A stretch of 55,518 nt of DNA from an uncultured Patescibacteria group bacterium (lineage in GTDB: Bacteria; Patescibacteriota; Minisyncoccia; Phycocordibacterales; UBA12088): the NCBI GenBank assembly GCA_947259245.1, contig CAMYLP010000007.1:1-55518 (forward strand), read 5' to 3'. Positions within the stretch are counted from its first letter, which is position 1. Each line of letters begins with the position of its first letter. Position numbers and translations under genes: made by a program. Below are positions 15,403 to 24,029 of the stretch, in pieces. Below the pieces are notes generated by a model. That model made no database searches and had not been told where the DNA came from. It was given only the letters and a program-made list of their open reading frames with translations.

Positions 15403-16146
15403 TTACAGCGCTCTCGTATCCGGACTGCCGGGAAGGTCTGTAAGGTCAAGCGTAGGGGTGAGCGCTACAGCCGCAACTCCACGCTCGTCTCTCAGAATTC
15501 CACACGGTGCTTTCAAAGAGGTGACGGCTTGTTCAATGCTCCGTAACGCCACACGGGGAGCAGCATGGAGCACGATCTCCTTCTCGCCGAACAACCAATC
15601 GCCAAGCACTGGTTCAAGGCGCCCGGTGTGCCCACCAGCAGATATCAGACCCTGCTCGACCACACGGTGACTCAGCGTAGCGACGACGCGGGAAAGCTGT
15701 ACTGCAGGCGTTGAGGCAGCTGCATCGTCATGCACAATTATGTCCATTGGCTCATACTTGCGCCGAGGGTGTCCTATCACGCCGTAGTCGACAATACCGT
15801 ACTTCAAACCCAACACGAGTGAGCGCGGCTCTTCACGCTCCTGATGCCGATACCAGGACGACAGGACACTCTCAACTTCATGGGTACTGTGCTGCGGATC
15901 AGCTATCGAACCGAGAAGCCACCGTGCGCGGTTGAACGCTGCTTCGTCGTCAGAAGGAAGCAGTGCCGGTATGTATACGGGCACATAGTGTGGTGTGGAC
16001 ACGCCACCATGCCACGTGTCGTGCAGCAGAGCGTGGAGCTGTCTGCCAAATGCGGGCTGCTCGTCAGCATAGGTGCACAGTGCGGCGGCTAGGTGCGCGT
16101 CATATGTCGTATACAGAAGTGTACGTGTGCTAGATGCGCTCTTCAT
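15403..16146 (-). CDS. Hypothetical cytoplasmic protein
   Basis: 247-aa ORF with normal amino-acid composition and no recognisable motif. It is convergent with the kinase gene, and the two stop codons are only 2 nt apart. Confidence 0.6.
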   Translation of the reverse strand: MKSASSTRTLLYTTYDAHLAAALCTYADEQPAFGRQLHALLHDTWHGGVSTPHYVPVYIPALLPSDDEAAFNRARWLLGSIADPQHSTHEVESVLSSWYRHQEREEPRSLVLGLKYGIVDYGVIGHPRRKYEPMDIIVHDDAAASTPAVQLSRVVATLSHRVVEQGLISAGGHTGRLEPVLGDWLFGEKEIVLHAAPRVALRSIEQAVTSLKAPCGILRDERGVAAVALTPTLDLTDLPGSPDTRAL

Positions 16147-16267
16147 GGTGATGGTGGTTATGGTGCGTAACAGCCACAGTATAGCATATGAGTGCGTACT
16201 CGGTAGACGGAGACACGCAGTGTCCTCGTTTCAAGAAAACGCACTTGTATCGTATACTTGGAGGTAC

Positions 16268-16606
16268 ATGAGAAGAAGGGTACGGAGACGCTCCAGTGCA
16301 AGAGGAGTGGCAGGTTTTGTGAGGCGCGTGATGCTCACCATCGGTGCTTTCGTGTCGCTGGTGTGGCGCAAACTGCGTGGTGACATCCGCGTAGTCGCCC
16401 GTGACGCGAGGATATTCATTGGACTTGGCCTTGTGCTCACAGGACTGTTGTCAGTGGCAAGCGACCGATACTGTGACGGGAACGCGAGTAGCCACTACAC
16501 CTGCACCCGACCGTCTACCTACTATTTCTACCCATGGTGGGCGATCCTCCTTGTCATCGTAGGTTCGTTCCTTATCGTTCTTTGGTACCTCCGTCGTAAA
16601 AAATAG
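16268..16606 (+). CDS. Small basic membrane protein (start moved to an internal ATG)
   Basis: The ORF-track ORF 16073-16606 overlaps the minus-strand gene. The ATG at 16268 is preceded by GGAGG (16260-16264). There are three hydrophobic segments and a basic N-terminus (MRRRVRRRSS). Confidence 0.55.
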   Translation: MRRRVRRRSSARGVAGFVRRVMLTIGAFVSLVWRKLRGDIRVVARDARIFIGLGLVLTGLLSVASDRYCDGNASSHYTCTRPSTYYFYPWWAILLVIVGSFLIVLWYLRRKK

Positions 16607-16626
16607 CACGGGGGGCGACCGCTCGT

Positions 16627-18093
16627 ATGCGTATACAGTTGCACCTTATTCCAGCTTTCACACTACTTCTAGCGCTAGCGTTCGTTATTGGCGGTGAGCG
16701 TCTGCTCGCGGACGATCCACCGGACATCACGAACGTACGCGTTGCGTCCAGTACTAACCATACTGCTACCATAACGTGGGAGACAGACAAGCCGGCTGAC
16801 TCTATTGTGAATTTCGGAAAGCAGCCGCACTACGGCATCATACGTGACCCAGGTACCGATAAGGAGACCCACAGCGTCACTCTTGATGATCTCGACTCGA
16901 GCACGATCTACCACTACCGCGTATCGTCAGCGGATGAACTCGGCAATCAGGCAGTCTCGGGGGACTTCGTTTTCATTACGGGTGGTTTTGAGAACATCGA
17001 CAACATTGAACAGGTGTCGTCCGTTGAACAACAGACACTGGTAGGACAGGCATCCGACGTGATATCCCAGATCACGGACCCGGAGGCACTTGCTATCGTA
17101 CAGACTGAGATACAGGCACAGGCACAAGACCTTTTACGTGCACCGGAGGTAATCGGTCAACCGCGTGCGATAGACATTGAGTCGACGCAAGCGACCATTA
17201 TATGGGCTACAAGCCGTGAGAGTAATTCGATCGTCCGCTACGCACCTGAGTCGCAGTGGAACGGTTCCGACTATGTGCAAACGGTGGCTGTTCTCGAGGA
17301 TGCAACGAAAGACCACCAGGTGATTCTTACGGGGTTAAATCCCGCGACAACCTATCATTTTCAAGTAGAAAGTGAGGACGAGTTCGGACTGTCAGGAGCG
17401 AGTGGCGACAATACATTCACCACTTCCTCACCAGTACCAACGATAGAAGACGTGCAGATAATAAAGATCGAGGAAGATTCAGCCACATTCGCCTGGTCCA
17501 CGGATATTCCAGCGGCAGGCGCTGTCATATATGAGAACACCGCAACTGGTGAAATCCGCTCTGAGGGCAGCCCTGAATTTTTAAGTACTCAAACAGTGCG
17601 TTTGACGGACCTCACGCTAGGCGTTACGTACGTTGCCATTGTGCGTGCCGAGAACGAGCAGGGTGAGGAGCGCGAGAGTGAGCAGATCACATTCACTACG
17701 GTACGCGATGAGGAACCCCCCATCATCAGTCGAGTCAACAATGAGAGCACACTTTTCCCAGGCGCCGAGACACGTATTCAGACCATCGTCTCATGGGGGA
17801 CGGATGAGCCGAGCTACTGCACCATGCGCTACAGTCAGGGATTGGCCCCCGCAGAAGACGCCAACGAGATAGAGGCAAATACAGAACCTACGGTTGACCA
17901 CGTTCGCGTGCTGACAGAGTTTCTACCATCGACAGTATACAAGTTTTGGGTGGTGTGTGAGGACCGTTCGGGCAATGAGGAACGCTCGGAGGACTTTGTG
18001 CTGTTCACACCAGAAAAGGAGAAAAGCATCATTGATATCATTCTGGAAAACTTCGAGGGGACCTTCGGATGGGTAAAGAATATTGGCGGCTAG
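16627..18093 (+). CDS. Secreted protein with four fibronectin-type-III-like modules
   Basis: It has a signal/anchor segment (LIPAFTLLLALAFVIGG). There are four ~90-aa modules of the type ATITWETDKPADSIVNFG...HSVTLDDLDSSTIYHYRVSS.DELGN. Its stop (18091-18093) abuts the ATG of the ABC ATPase gene. Confidence 0.85.
   Translation: MRIQLHLIPAFTLLLALAFVIGGERLLADDPPDITNVRVASSTNHTATITWETDKPADSIVNFGKQPHYGIIRDPGTDKETHSVTLDDLDSSTIYHYRVSSADELGNQAVSGDFVFITGGFENIDNIEQVSSVEQQTLVGQASDVISQITDPEALAIVQTEIQAQAQDLLRAPEVIGQPRAIDIESTQATIIWATSRESNSIVRYAPESQWNGSDYVQTVAVLEDATKDHQVILTGLNPATTYHFQVESEDEFGLSGASGDNTFTTSSPVPTIEDVQIIKIEEDSATFAWSTDIPAAGAVIYENTATGEIRSEGSPEFLSTQTVRLTDLTLGVTYVAIVRAENEQGEERESEQITFTTVRDEEPPIISRVNNESTLFPGAETRIQTIVSWGTDEPSYCTMRYSQGLAPAEDANEIEANTEPTVDHVRVLTEFLPSTVYKFWVVCEDRSGNEERSEDFVLFTPEKEKSIIDIILENFEGTFGWVKNIGG
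16725..18010 (+). repeat. Four tandem Fn3-like modules
   Basis: Module cores: TITWETD..YHYRV; TIIWATS..YHFQV; TFAWSTD..YVAIV; TIVSWGTD..YKFWV. Confidence 0.75.
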
Positions 18094-18094
18094 T

Positions 18095-19537
18095 ATGAGA
18101 AGCATCATCACAACAAGCGATGTGGACGTCACCTACAATAAAGGTCAGACGAACGAGTTCAAAGCGCTGAAGGGCGTCACCTGTGAAATTGCTTCACGCG
18201 AGTACATCATTTTCTTTGGCCCGTCCGGGTGTGGTAAATCGACGTTACTCTATAGTATTTTTGGTGTTCTTGAACCATCGGCAGGAGAAGTGATGGTGAA
18301 GGGTGATTCCATCTATAAGTATGAACCCATGGAGTTGGTGATGTACCAGCGAAAGACGATGGGCATTATGTACCAGTCGTTCAACCTCATACCATCACTG
18401 ACAGTGTTGGATAACGTGCAGCTCCCCCTTATCTTCGCCGGATTTCCACCAGTAACGCGTGAGCGCCGTGCGATGGAGCTCCTTGACCGATTTGGTATTG
18501 CTCACGTCGCACACAAACGACCGGCACTCCTTTCAGGTGGTCAACAGCAACGTGTATCTGTCGCGCGCAGCCTTGTGAATGATCCAGAGATTCTCATTGC
18601 CGATGAACCGGTGGGTAACCTTGACTTCGTTTCTGCGGAAGCCGTTATGAATACACTCGAAGAGATCAATCAGAACGATAAGAAGACCGTGCTTCTGGTT
18701 ACCCACGACGCGAAGTATCTGCCGTACGCGCACCGCGTGTTCTACCTCGACTATGGCAAGATAGATCGCATCGTACCAAATCCTGAGAAGCGACAGATCA
18801 TCAAGGTACGACCGGGTGAGACGATCGTGACCGAGATAGAGCAGCTTGCGCGCATCTATCCCTATGACACACCTGAACAATTGCGAGTGAAGTCACTCAT
18901 CAACTTCCTCACGCAGAGTCTCTCATTTGACCAAATAGTTCGTTTGGAGAAGATGACTCAGCATGTCATTGAAGGTGTCTTGTCCGAGGATCAGTTTCGC
19001 ACATTGTTAACGACAGACTACGAGGAGGGTGGTTGTGGCATCAAGCCAAAACAGGCCGAGGAAATGACACACAAAATGTTCCAGGTACTTGAACAAAGTC
19101 AGGACGTGGTACGTTTTCGTCGCGTGCATCGTGATCAAACAACCATCGATCTGGCGCGCTTTGAGCTCATCAAACACATACACACCCACATGGTAGGTGA
19201 GTATAAGGTCGAACCCGATTCACGTGAACTGGAACAACTCACAAAAATGGTCACCAACAGAGTATACGGGTATATCACGCGTGAAGAATTTCATCGACAA
19301 TTGAGATTACCGTTTGAAGAGGGTGGTGGGGGCTTTGACATCTACCTGGCCGCAGACCTTTCCCGGTACCTCGAAAAGCTCATTGCACAGGGAGTCTCAC
19401 ACTTTGTACAACACCAGGAGTCAAAGCCGGAGTCGACAAACCTGCACGCCAAACAGGCGGAGAAGTTTGAGGAAATAGACAAAGGTCTCTTTGGTCGTCT
19501 GACGCACATCTTGGCAAAAAAGAAACAAAACGCGTAA
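18095..19537 (+). CDS. ABC transporter ATP-binding protein (MacB/LolD-like) with a ~250-aa C-terminal extension
   Basis: Walker A GPSGCGKST, signature LSGGQQQRV, Walker B ILIADEP, H-loop VTHD. I prefer the ATG at 18095 (TAGTATG junction) over the TTG at 18083. The ATPase core ends near aa 235. Confidence 0.9.
   Translation: MRSIITTSDVDVTYNKGQTNEFKALKGVTCEIASREYIIFFGPSGCGKSTLLYSIFGVLEPSAGEVMVKGDSIYKYEPMELVMYQRKTMGIMYQSFNLIPSLTVLDNVQLPLIFAGFPPVTRERRAMELLDRFGIAHVAHKRPALLSGGQQQRVSVARSLVNDPEILIADEPVGNLDFVSAEAVMNTLEEINQNDKKTVLLVTHDAKYLPYAHRVFYLDYGKIDRIVPNPEKRQIIKVRPGETIVTEIEQLARIYPYDTPEQLRVKSLINFLTQSLSFDQIVRLEKMTQHVIEGVLSEDQFRTLLTTDYEEGGCGIKPKQAEEMTHKMFQVLEQSQDVVRFRRVHRDQTTIDLARFELIKHIHTHMVGEYKVEPDSRELEQLTKMVTNRVYGYITREEFHRQLRLPFEEGGGGFDIYLAADLSRYLEKLIAQGVSHFVQHQESKPESTNLHAKQAEKFEEIDKGLFGRLTHILAKKKQNA
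18944..19383 (+). repeat. Internal duplication in the ATPase C-terminal extension
   Basis: LEKMTQHVIEGVLSEDQFRTLLTTDYEEGGCGIKPKQAEEMTHKMFQVLE (from 18944) aligns with LEQLTKMVTNRVYGYITREEFHRQLRLPFEEGGGGFDIYLAADLSRYLEKL (from 19229). The two units start 95 codons apart. Confidence 0.7.
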
Positions 19538-19541
19538 CAGT

Positions 19542-20750
19542 ATGAGGATACAGGATATCGCAAAACTTTCGACTCGAATGTTCAAAACGAATCCAGCCCG
19601 AACGTGGCTCACTATTTTGGGCATGGGTGTCGGTACTGGCGCGGTCGTGACCTTGGTAGGTCTCGGCTTTGGACTGCAGAACATCATCCTTGAGCAGATC
19701 GTCCTCGGTGATACCTTGCTGTCACTCAATGTCACACCACCTCCCGCGCGGGCGGTAACCTTGAACCCACAAACGGTCCAGGAATTCTACGAAATAGAAC
19801 GTGTCCAGGATGTCGCACCCCTTGCGAGCTTCGCGGCACTTGTAACGTTCGATGGATTGACGGGTAACACGTTTCTGCAGGGGGCAAATCCAAACTACTT
19901 TCGGTTTACCGGAACAAAAGAGATATCCGGTAGGCTGTTTACGAGTGAGACAATTGAGGAAGACCGTTCAAGCGTGATACTGACGAGCGCTATGTTAAAA
20001 CTCTTTGAGGTTGAGGACCCAGAGACCGCCATTGGGAAGCAGGTCTCATTCCGAGTGTTCGTGCCACAGGAGGGCACCAACGAGACAATAGAAATGGAAA
20101 TGAAGAAGCGCTACACAATAGTGGGTATCAGTAGTGAGGAAAGCAGACCGGGCGCCATACTGCTTCTCGATGAATTGACAAGCCAGCTGGCGGTCACCGA
20201 GTATGAGCGGGTACAGGTCCGTGTCGAAGAGGTAGAGTTCCTTGATCCTGTCACCGAGTCGATCGTCGAGCGTGGCTTTGGCGTGACTGCACTCTCAAAG
20301 ACCGTCGAACAGGCAAACAAGATCTTCCAGGGCATACAGGCAGTGCTTGCCGTCTTTGGTGGTATCGCACTTGTGGTGTCAGCTATCGGCATGTTCAACA
20401 CCATGACGGTGACACTGCTCGAGCGTACCGGTGAGATCGGTATCATGCGTACGCTGGGTGCCTCGAGCAACGATATCAAGATTCTTTTCGTGTCGGAAGC
20501 AGTTATTGTGGGATTTCTCGGTGGTCTTGTTGGTATTGGCATAGGAGTTGGCATTGGATTCTCACTGAACACGATGGTGAACGTGGCTGCAGCGAACTTT
20601 GGCGGCAAAGCGGTGGCACTGTTCAGCTACCCCATGACCTTCATACTCTTCATTGCGACCTTCTCCGCGGTGGTCGGCTTTCTCACCGGCATATTCCCGG
20701 CGCGACGTGCCGCTGCACTAAACCCTCTTGACGCTATCCGATATAAGTAG
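19542..20750 (+). CDS. ABC transporter permease, FtsX/MacB family
   Basis: 402 aa with an N-terminal TM, a large extracytoplasmic domain and three C-terminal TM segments. It carries the motif GEIGIMRTLGASSNDI. The ATG lies 4 nt after the ATPase stop. Confidence 0.9.
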   Translation: MRIQDIAKLSTRMFKTNPARTWLTILGMGVGTGAVVTLVGLGFGLQNIILEQIVLGDTLLSLNVTPPPARAVTLNPQTVQEFYEIERVQDVAPLASFAALVTFDGLTGNTFLQGANPNYFRFTGTKEISGRLFTSETIEEDRSSVILTSAMLKLFEVEDPETAIGKQVSFRVFVPQEGTNETIEMEMKKRYTIVGISSEESRPGAILLLDELTSQLAVTEYERVQVRVEEVEFLDPVTESIVERGFGVTALSKTVEQANKIFQGIQAVLAVFGGIALVVSAIGMFNTMTVTLLERTGEIGIMRTLGASSNDIKILFVSEAVIVGFLGGLVGIGIGVGIGFSLNTMVNVAAANFGGKAVALFSYPMTFILFIATFSAVVGFLTGIFPARRAAALNPLDAIRYK

Positions 20751-20882
20751 CATAAGTCGGCCTACGTACGGTTTTTATCTATTTTTCCACGCTAGAGGCA
20801 CAAGATGTCCCCTTATCCACACACAACTTGTACACGCGTAATCCACTGTGTTGTACACTGGTAAGTAACAGGGACGCACCTT

Positions 20883-22757
20883 ATGAGTATCAGCCCCACA
20901 TACACAAAAGGTCATATTGTTTTGACAATGGCATTAGCGCTGCTTTTCGTGGTGGCACTTTCGTTTCTCATAGATGCGAGACCAGGCGGAAGTACTTTGA
21001 GCGCTCAAGCAACTTCCACTGCAACCACAACAGTGACCGTGCTCAACACGCCGCCAGCCTGGACAGTAACCGCGCGCGAGTCCGTAGCGTCAGCGACATC
21101 AACGCCCACCAACTCAGGTGACACGGTAACTTGGACTGCCGTAGGGACCGACAGCAACGGCGAGGACTACTATCTCCTTATCTGTAAATCTAGCTCCACA
21201 CCTACACCAAGTGCAGGTCCACCCGTATGTGGCGGTGGTACCACCGATATCTGGGCTGTTTCTACCTCTACGCTCAGCGGCAGTGTTGCAAGCGTGAGTA
21301 CGACAACAGCCGAGTCATGGGCTGAGACAAATGCATGGTACGGGTACATTTGTGATAATAATCCTGGCTCTGCGGAATGTAACCCCACAATGTACAACGG
21401 GTTGCATGAAGGCGGTGCGAGTGCAACAAGCTCACCGTTCATGGTGAACCACAGGCCAACCATAACCACTGTCGCCGACGACTCACCACAGCTGCCGGGT
21501 GATATTGTCACGTGGACTTCTACTGCCGGTGACACAGACATCGCGGGCGGAGACGATACCGTGCAGCTCCACGTCTGTCAGACAGCTGGCTTTGATGCGG
21601 GTATACCTGCCTGTACAGGTACACAGTGGGCAACCTCGACCTTCATAGCGGACAATCCAAGCGCGACAACGTCCATCCCAGTACCATACCAGGACGGAGA
21701 CCACGATGCGTTCGTCTACCTCATCGATGAGCATGGTCATGTGTCCGTAAGTGCATGGCAAGGCTCAAGCACTGTGCTTACTGTAGCGAATGCCGCACCA
21801 TACGTAGCGTCTAGTTCGATACAACTCTACGATGTGTTTGGTTCAACCACCATAGACACAACGTTAGCGCTTACTGAGCCGGAGGGGGAGACACAAAATT
21901 ATGTAGTCGTATTTGATGTGACTGATGAAAACGGATGCCAAAATCTCTCCGCAGGGAATGAAGTTACCGATGTCGATATAAATGTGTTCCGTTCCGGCGC
22001 AGGTGGTCCAACGGGACTTCTCTGCGACGCGTCGGGTGAGTACAATGCGAACTACTGTTACACGCATACAAATTCCTTTTGGACACCTGTTTGCGTCCAG
22101 ACAGCCGCTAGCTGTACGGCAAGTGATTGGAACAACATTACCTGGGAATGCACGTTCCCACTCTGGTATATTGCGGATCCTACCGACGTAGGTAGCGAGT
22201 ATCCTGGTGAGGACTGGCGCGCGAGTGCACGTGCGACTGACGACGATGCCTCCACCGGAAACTACAGTACGGAGGATGAGGCAGCGGATGCGGGAGCAGA
22301 AATGACACAGTTCCTTTCATTCCGTGCGACTGGCAGCCCGATTGCATACGGTTCGTTCCAACCGGGATTTGGTAACGCAGAACACCCAGGCACGACAACG
22401 GTCTTTGCCACAGGAAACACCGGACTTGACCACTACCTATCAGGAGATGAGATGTGTACTACGTATCCTACATGTACCGGTAACGCAACGAGTACTATAT
22501 ATGTACCGTATCAGCACTATTCGACCACTTCGTCTCACGCGTACGGCTTTGACCTCGGCAACCAAACCTTTGAACTTGCAACAAGCAGCTCTCCGGTGCT
22601 CGTCGATGTAGACATCCTCAAAACAACGAGCACATCAAGCCCTTCGGAAGATGACACGTACTGGGGCATACTGGTTCCGGGTAGCATCGCGCTTGCCGGT
22701 GACTACATAGGCAGAAACTACATCGATGCTGCAATAGCACCGAGTTCTGCCTGGTAG
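20883..22757 (+). CDS. Secreted Cys-containing protein sharing its C-terminal module with the giant protein
   Basis: 624-aa ORF with an N-terminal anchor (IVLTMALALLFVVALSFL). It has two paralogous N-terminal domains (GDTVTWTAVGTDSNGEDYYLLIC / GDIVTWTSTAGDTDIAGGDDTVQLHVC). The C-terminal module is at 21804-22754. Confidence 0.85.
   Translation: MSISPTYTKGHIVLTMALALLFVVALSFLIDARPGGSTLSAQATSTATTTVTVLNTPPAWTVTARESVASATSTPTNSGDTVTWTAVGTDSNGEDYYLLICKSSSTPTPSAGPPVCGGGTTDIWAVSTSTLSGSVASVSTTTAESWAETNAWYGYICDNNPGSAECNPTMYNGLHEGGASATSSPFMVNHRPTITTVADDSPQLPGDIVTWTSTAGDTDIAGGDDTVQLHVCQTAGFDAGIPACTGTQWATSTFIADNPSATTSIPVPYQDGDHDAFVYLIDEHGHVSVSAWQGSSTVLTVANAAPYVASSSIQLYDVFGSTTIDTTLALTEPEGETQNYVVVFDVTDENGCQNLSAGNEVTDVDINVFRSGAGGPTGLLCDASGEYNANYCYTHTNSFWTPVCVQTAASCTASDWNNITWECTFPLWYIADPTDVGSEYPGEDWRASARATDDDASTGNYSTEDEAADAGAEMTQFLSFRATGSPIAYGSFQPGFGNAEHPGTTTVFATGNTGLDHYLSGDEMCTTYPTCTGNATSTIYVPYQHYSTTSSHAYGFDLGNQTFELATSSSPVLVDVDILKTTSTSSPSEDDTYWGILVPGSIALAGDYIGRNYIDAAIAPSSAW
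21804..22754 (+). other. C-terminal module paralogous to giant-protein residues encoded at 9825-10601
   Basis: See the motif list under feature 9825-10601. The motifs occur in the same order. Confidence 0.75.
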
Positions 22758-22783
22758 TACGTATATAACATCGTAATGTAAAG

Positions 22784-22804
22784 AAACCGTTTTGGCGGTT
22801 TTTT
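22784..22804 (+). terminator. Putative rho-independent terminator
   Basis: AAACCG (22784-22789) pairs with CGGTTT (22796-22801) around a 6-nt loop, followed by TTT. The stem is short. Confidence 0.4.
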
Positions 22805-22939
22805 GCTATTCCAAAGCAAAAAACTTGTGTTGTATGGTCTTAACCCACAGTTTTTCTACATAAATAAGTATCTTTCAAGTTGTTTTCCCGATACAATCTA
22901 TGGTACGGGCTCAAGCTCGGTACTGGGATTACAGAAATA

Positions 22940-24028
22940 ATGAGTAGACCACAGATACAAACGTGGGCACTGTTGCTATTTGGTATAGTGGCTGTTTTTG
23001 TGTTGGATGTCGCAACCGTCCATGCGGGATTTGGCATTACCCCTCCGTATGTGCGAAACGACAAACTAACACAGGGTTCCACGTACACACAGGAGATCAT
23101 TCTTGTGAGAGGAGATCCTGTGGAGGACCTCAAGGCAGAGATCACGCTTAATGTGCCCGGCATAGAAGACTGGATAACTATCGACCGAGGAAATGAGTTC
23201 CTCCTTCCGGCAGGTGAGAAGCAGGTTCCCATGCAGGTAACCATACGAGTACCCCAAGATGCACCATACGAACGATATCAGGGAAGCATACGCATTCGCA
23301 CACTTAGCCCGGACCCGGCTTCGGGCGTATCGATAGCATTGGGTGCACAGATAGACGTTGACCTGCGTGTGGTTGATGAGATACGTGACTTCGAGGTTAA
23401 GAGGGTGCGTATCAGTGAAACCGAGGAACCGCGCCGGTTTTGGTGGTTGGAGTATCCCGGCAGGATAACATTTACTATGGGTGTGGAAAATACAGGAAAT
23501 GCACCAACTGCTCCCTCACGTGTACAGCTCGATATCTATGATAAGCGCGGGAATGTCGTACTTGAAACAACCGTAAACACTAACACCATTGACGAGATAC
23601 TGCCGTTCGAAACACGCGAGGTGACAGCATACCTACCCACACGGCTACCACCGGGCGCCTACTTGGTACAATACTCCATCTTCCGATTTGAAGATGACGT
23701 AAAGCGTTCGGGCGAGCTCACGTTATCCGTGCTACCTATGGGTACACTCTCAGCGTACGCCGGCTACGGCCTGGAGGGGCTCTCCACGAGTGACCTTATG
23801 TCGATAATACTACCTATTGCGCTCGTACTGCTGCTTCTCCTTCTGTTTATATATCTCATGCATGCACGACGCGGCAACAATGGTGGGCGACCACGCAAGC
23901 CGCGCAAGCGTCGTTCTGGTGGGGGTAACGACAATATGCAGAGTCCACAAGAACGGCCACGGCCACCGCGTCGTGCCACGCATACGCAGGGTGTGGTCGA
24001 TCTCTCAGGGCGACGGCGCTCTCGATAG
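22940..24028 (+). CDS. Surface protein with signal peptide and C-terminal TM anchor plus Arg/Pro-rich tail
   Basis: The start is moved to the ATG at 22940, which gives the signal peptide MSRPQIQTWALLLFGIVAVFVLDVATVHA. Ig-like ectodomains follow, then the TM segment IILPIALVLLLLLLFIYLM and RRGNNGGRPRKPRKRRSGGG. Confidence 0.8.
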   Translation: MSRPQIQTWALLLFGIVAVFVLDVATVHAGFGITPPYVRNDKLTQGSTYTQEIILVRGDPVEDLKAEITLNVPGIEDWITIDRGNEFLLPAGEKQVPMQVTIRVPQDAPYERYQGSIRIRTLSPDPASGVSIALGAQIDVDLRVVDEIRDFEVKRVRISETEEPRRFWWLEYPGRITFTMGVENTGNAPTAPSRVQLDIYDKRGNVVLETTVNTNTIDEILPFETREVTAYLPTRLPPGAYLVQYSIFRFEDDVKRSGELTLSVLPMGTLSAYAGYGLEGLSTSDLMSIILPIALVLLLLLLFIYLMHARRGNNGGRPRKPRKRRSGGGNDNMQSPQERPRPPRRATHTQGVVDLSGRRRSR

Positions 24029-24029
24029 T

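Noticed and set aside
20828-20859. A direct repeat TTGTACAC...TTGTACAC upstream of the 624-aa gene, considered as a promoter or operator.
   Set aside because: Neither copy gives a -35/-10 pair with acceptable spacing: the spacer to TACACT is 20 nt. Two 8-mers alone are weak evidence. It remains only a possible regulator site.
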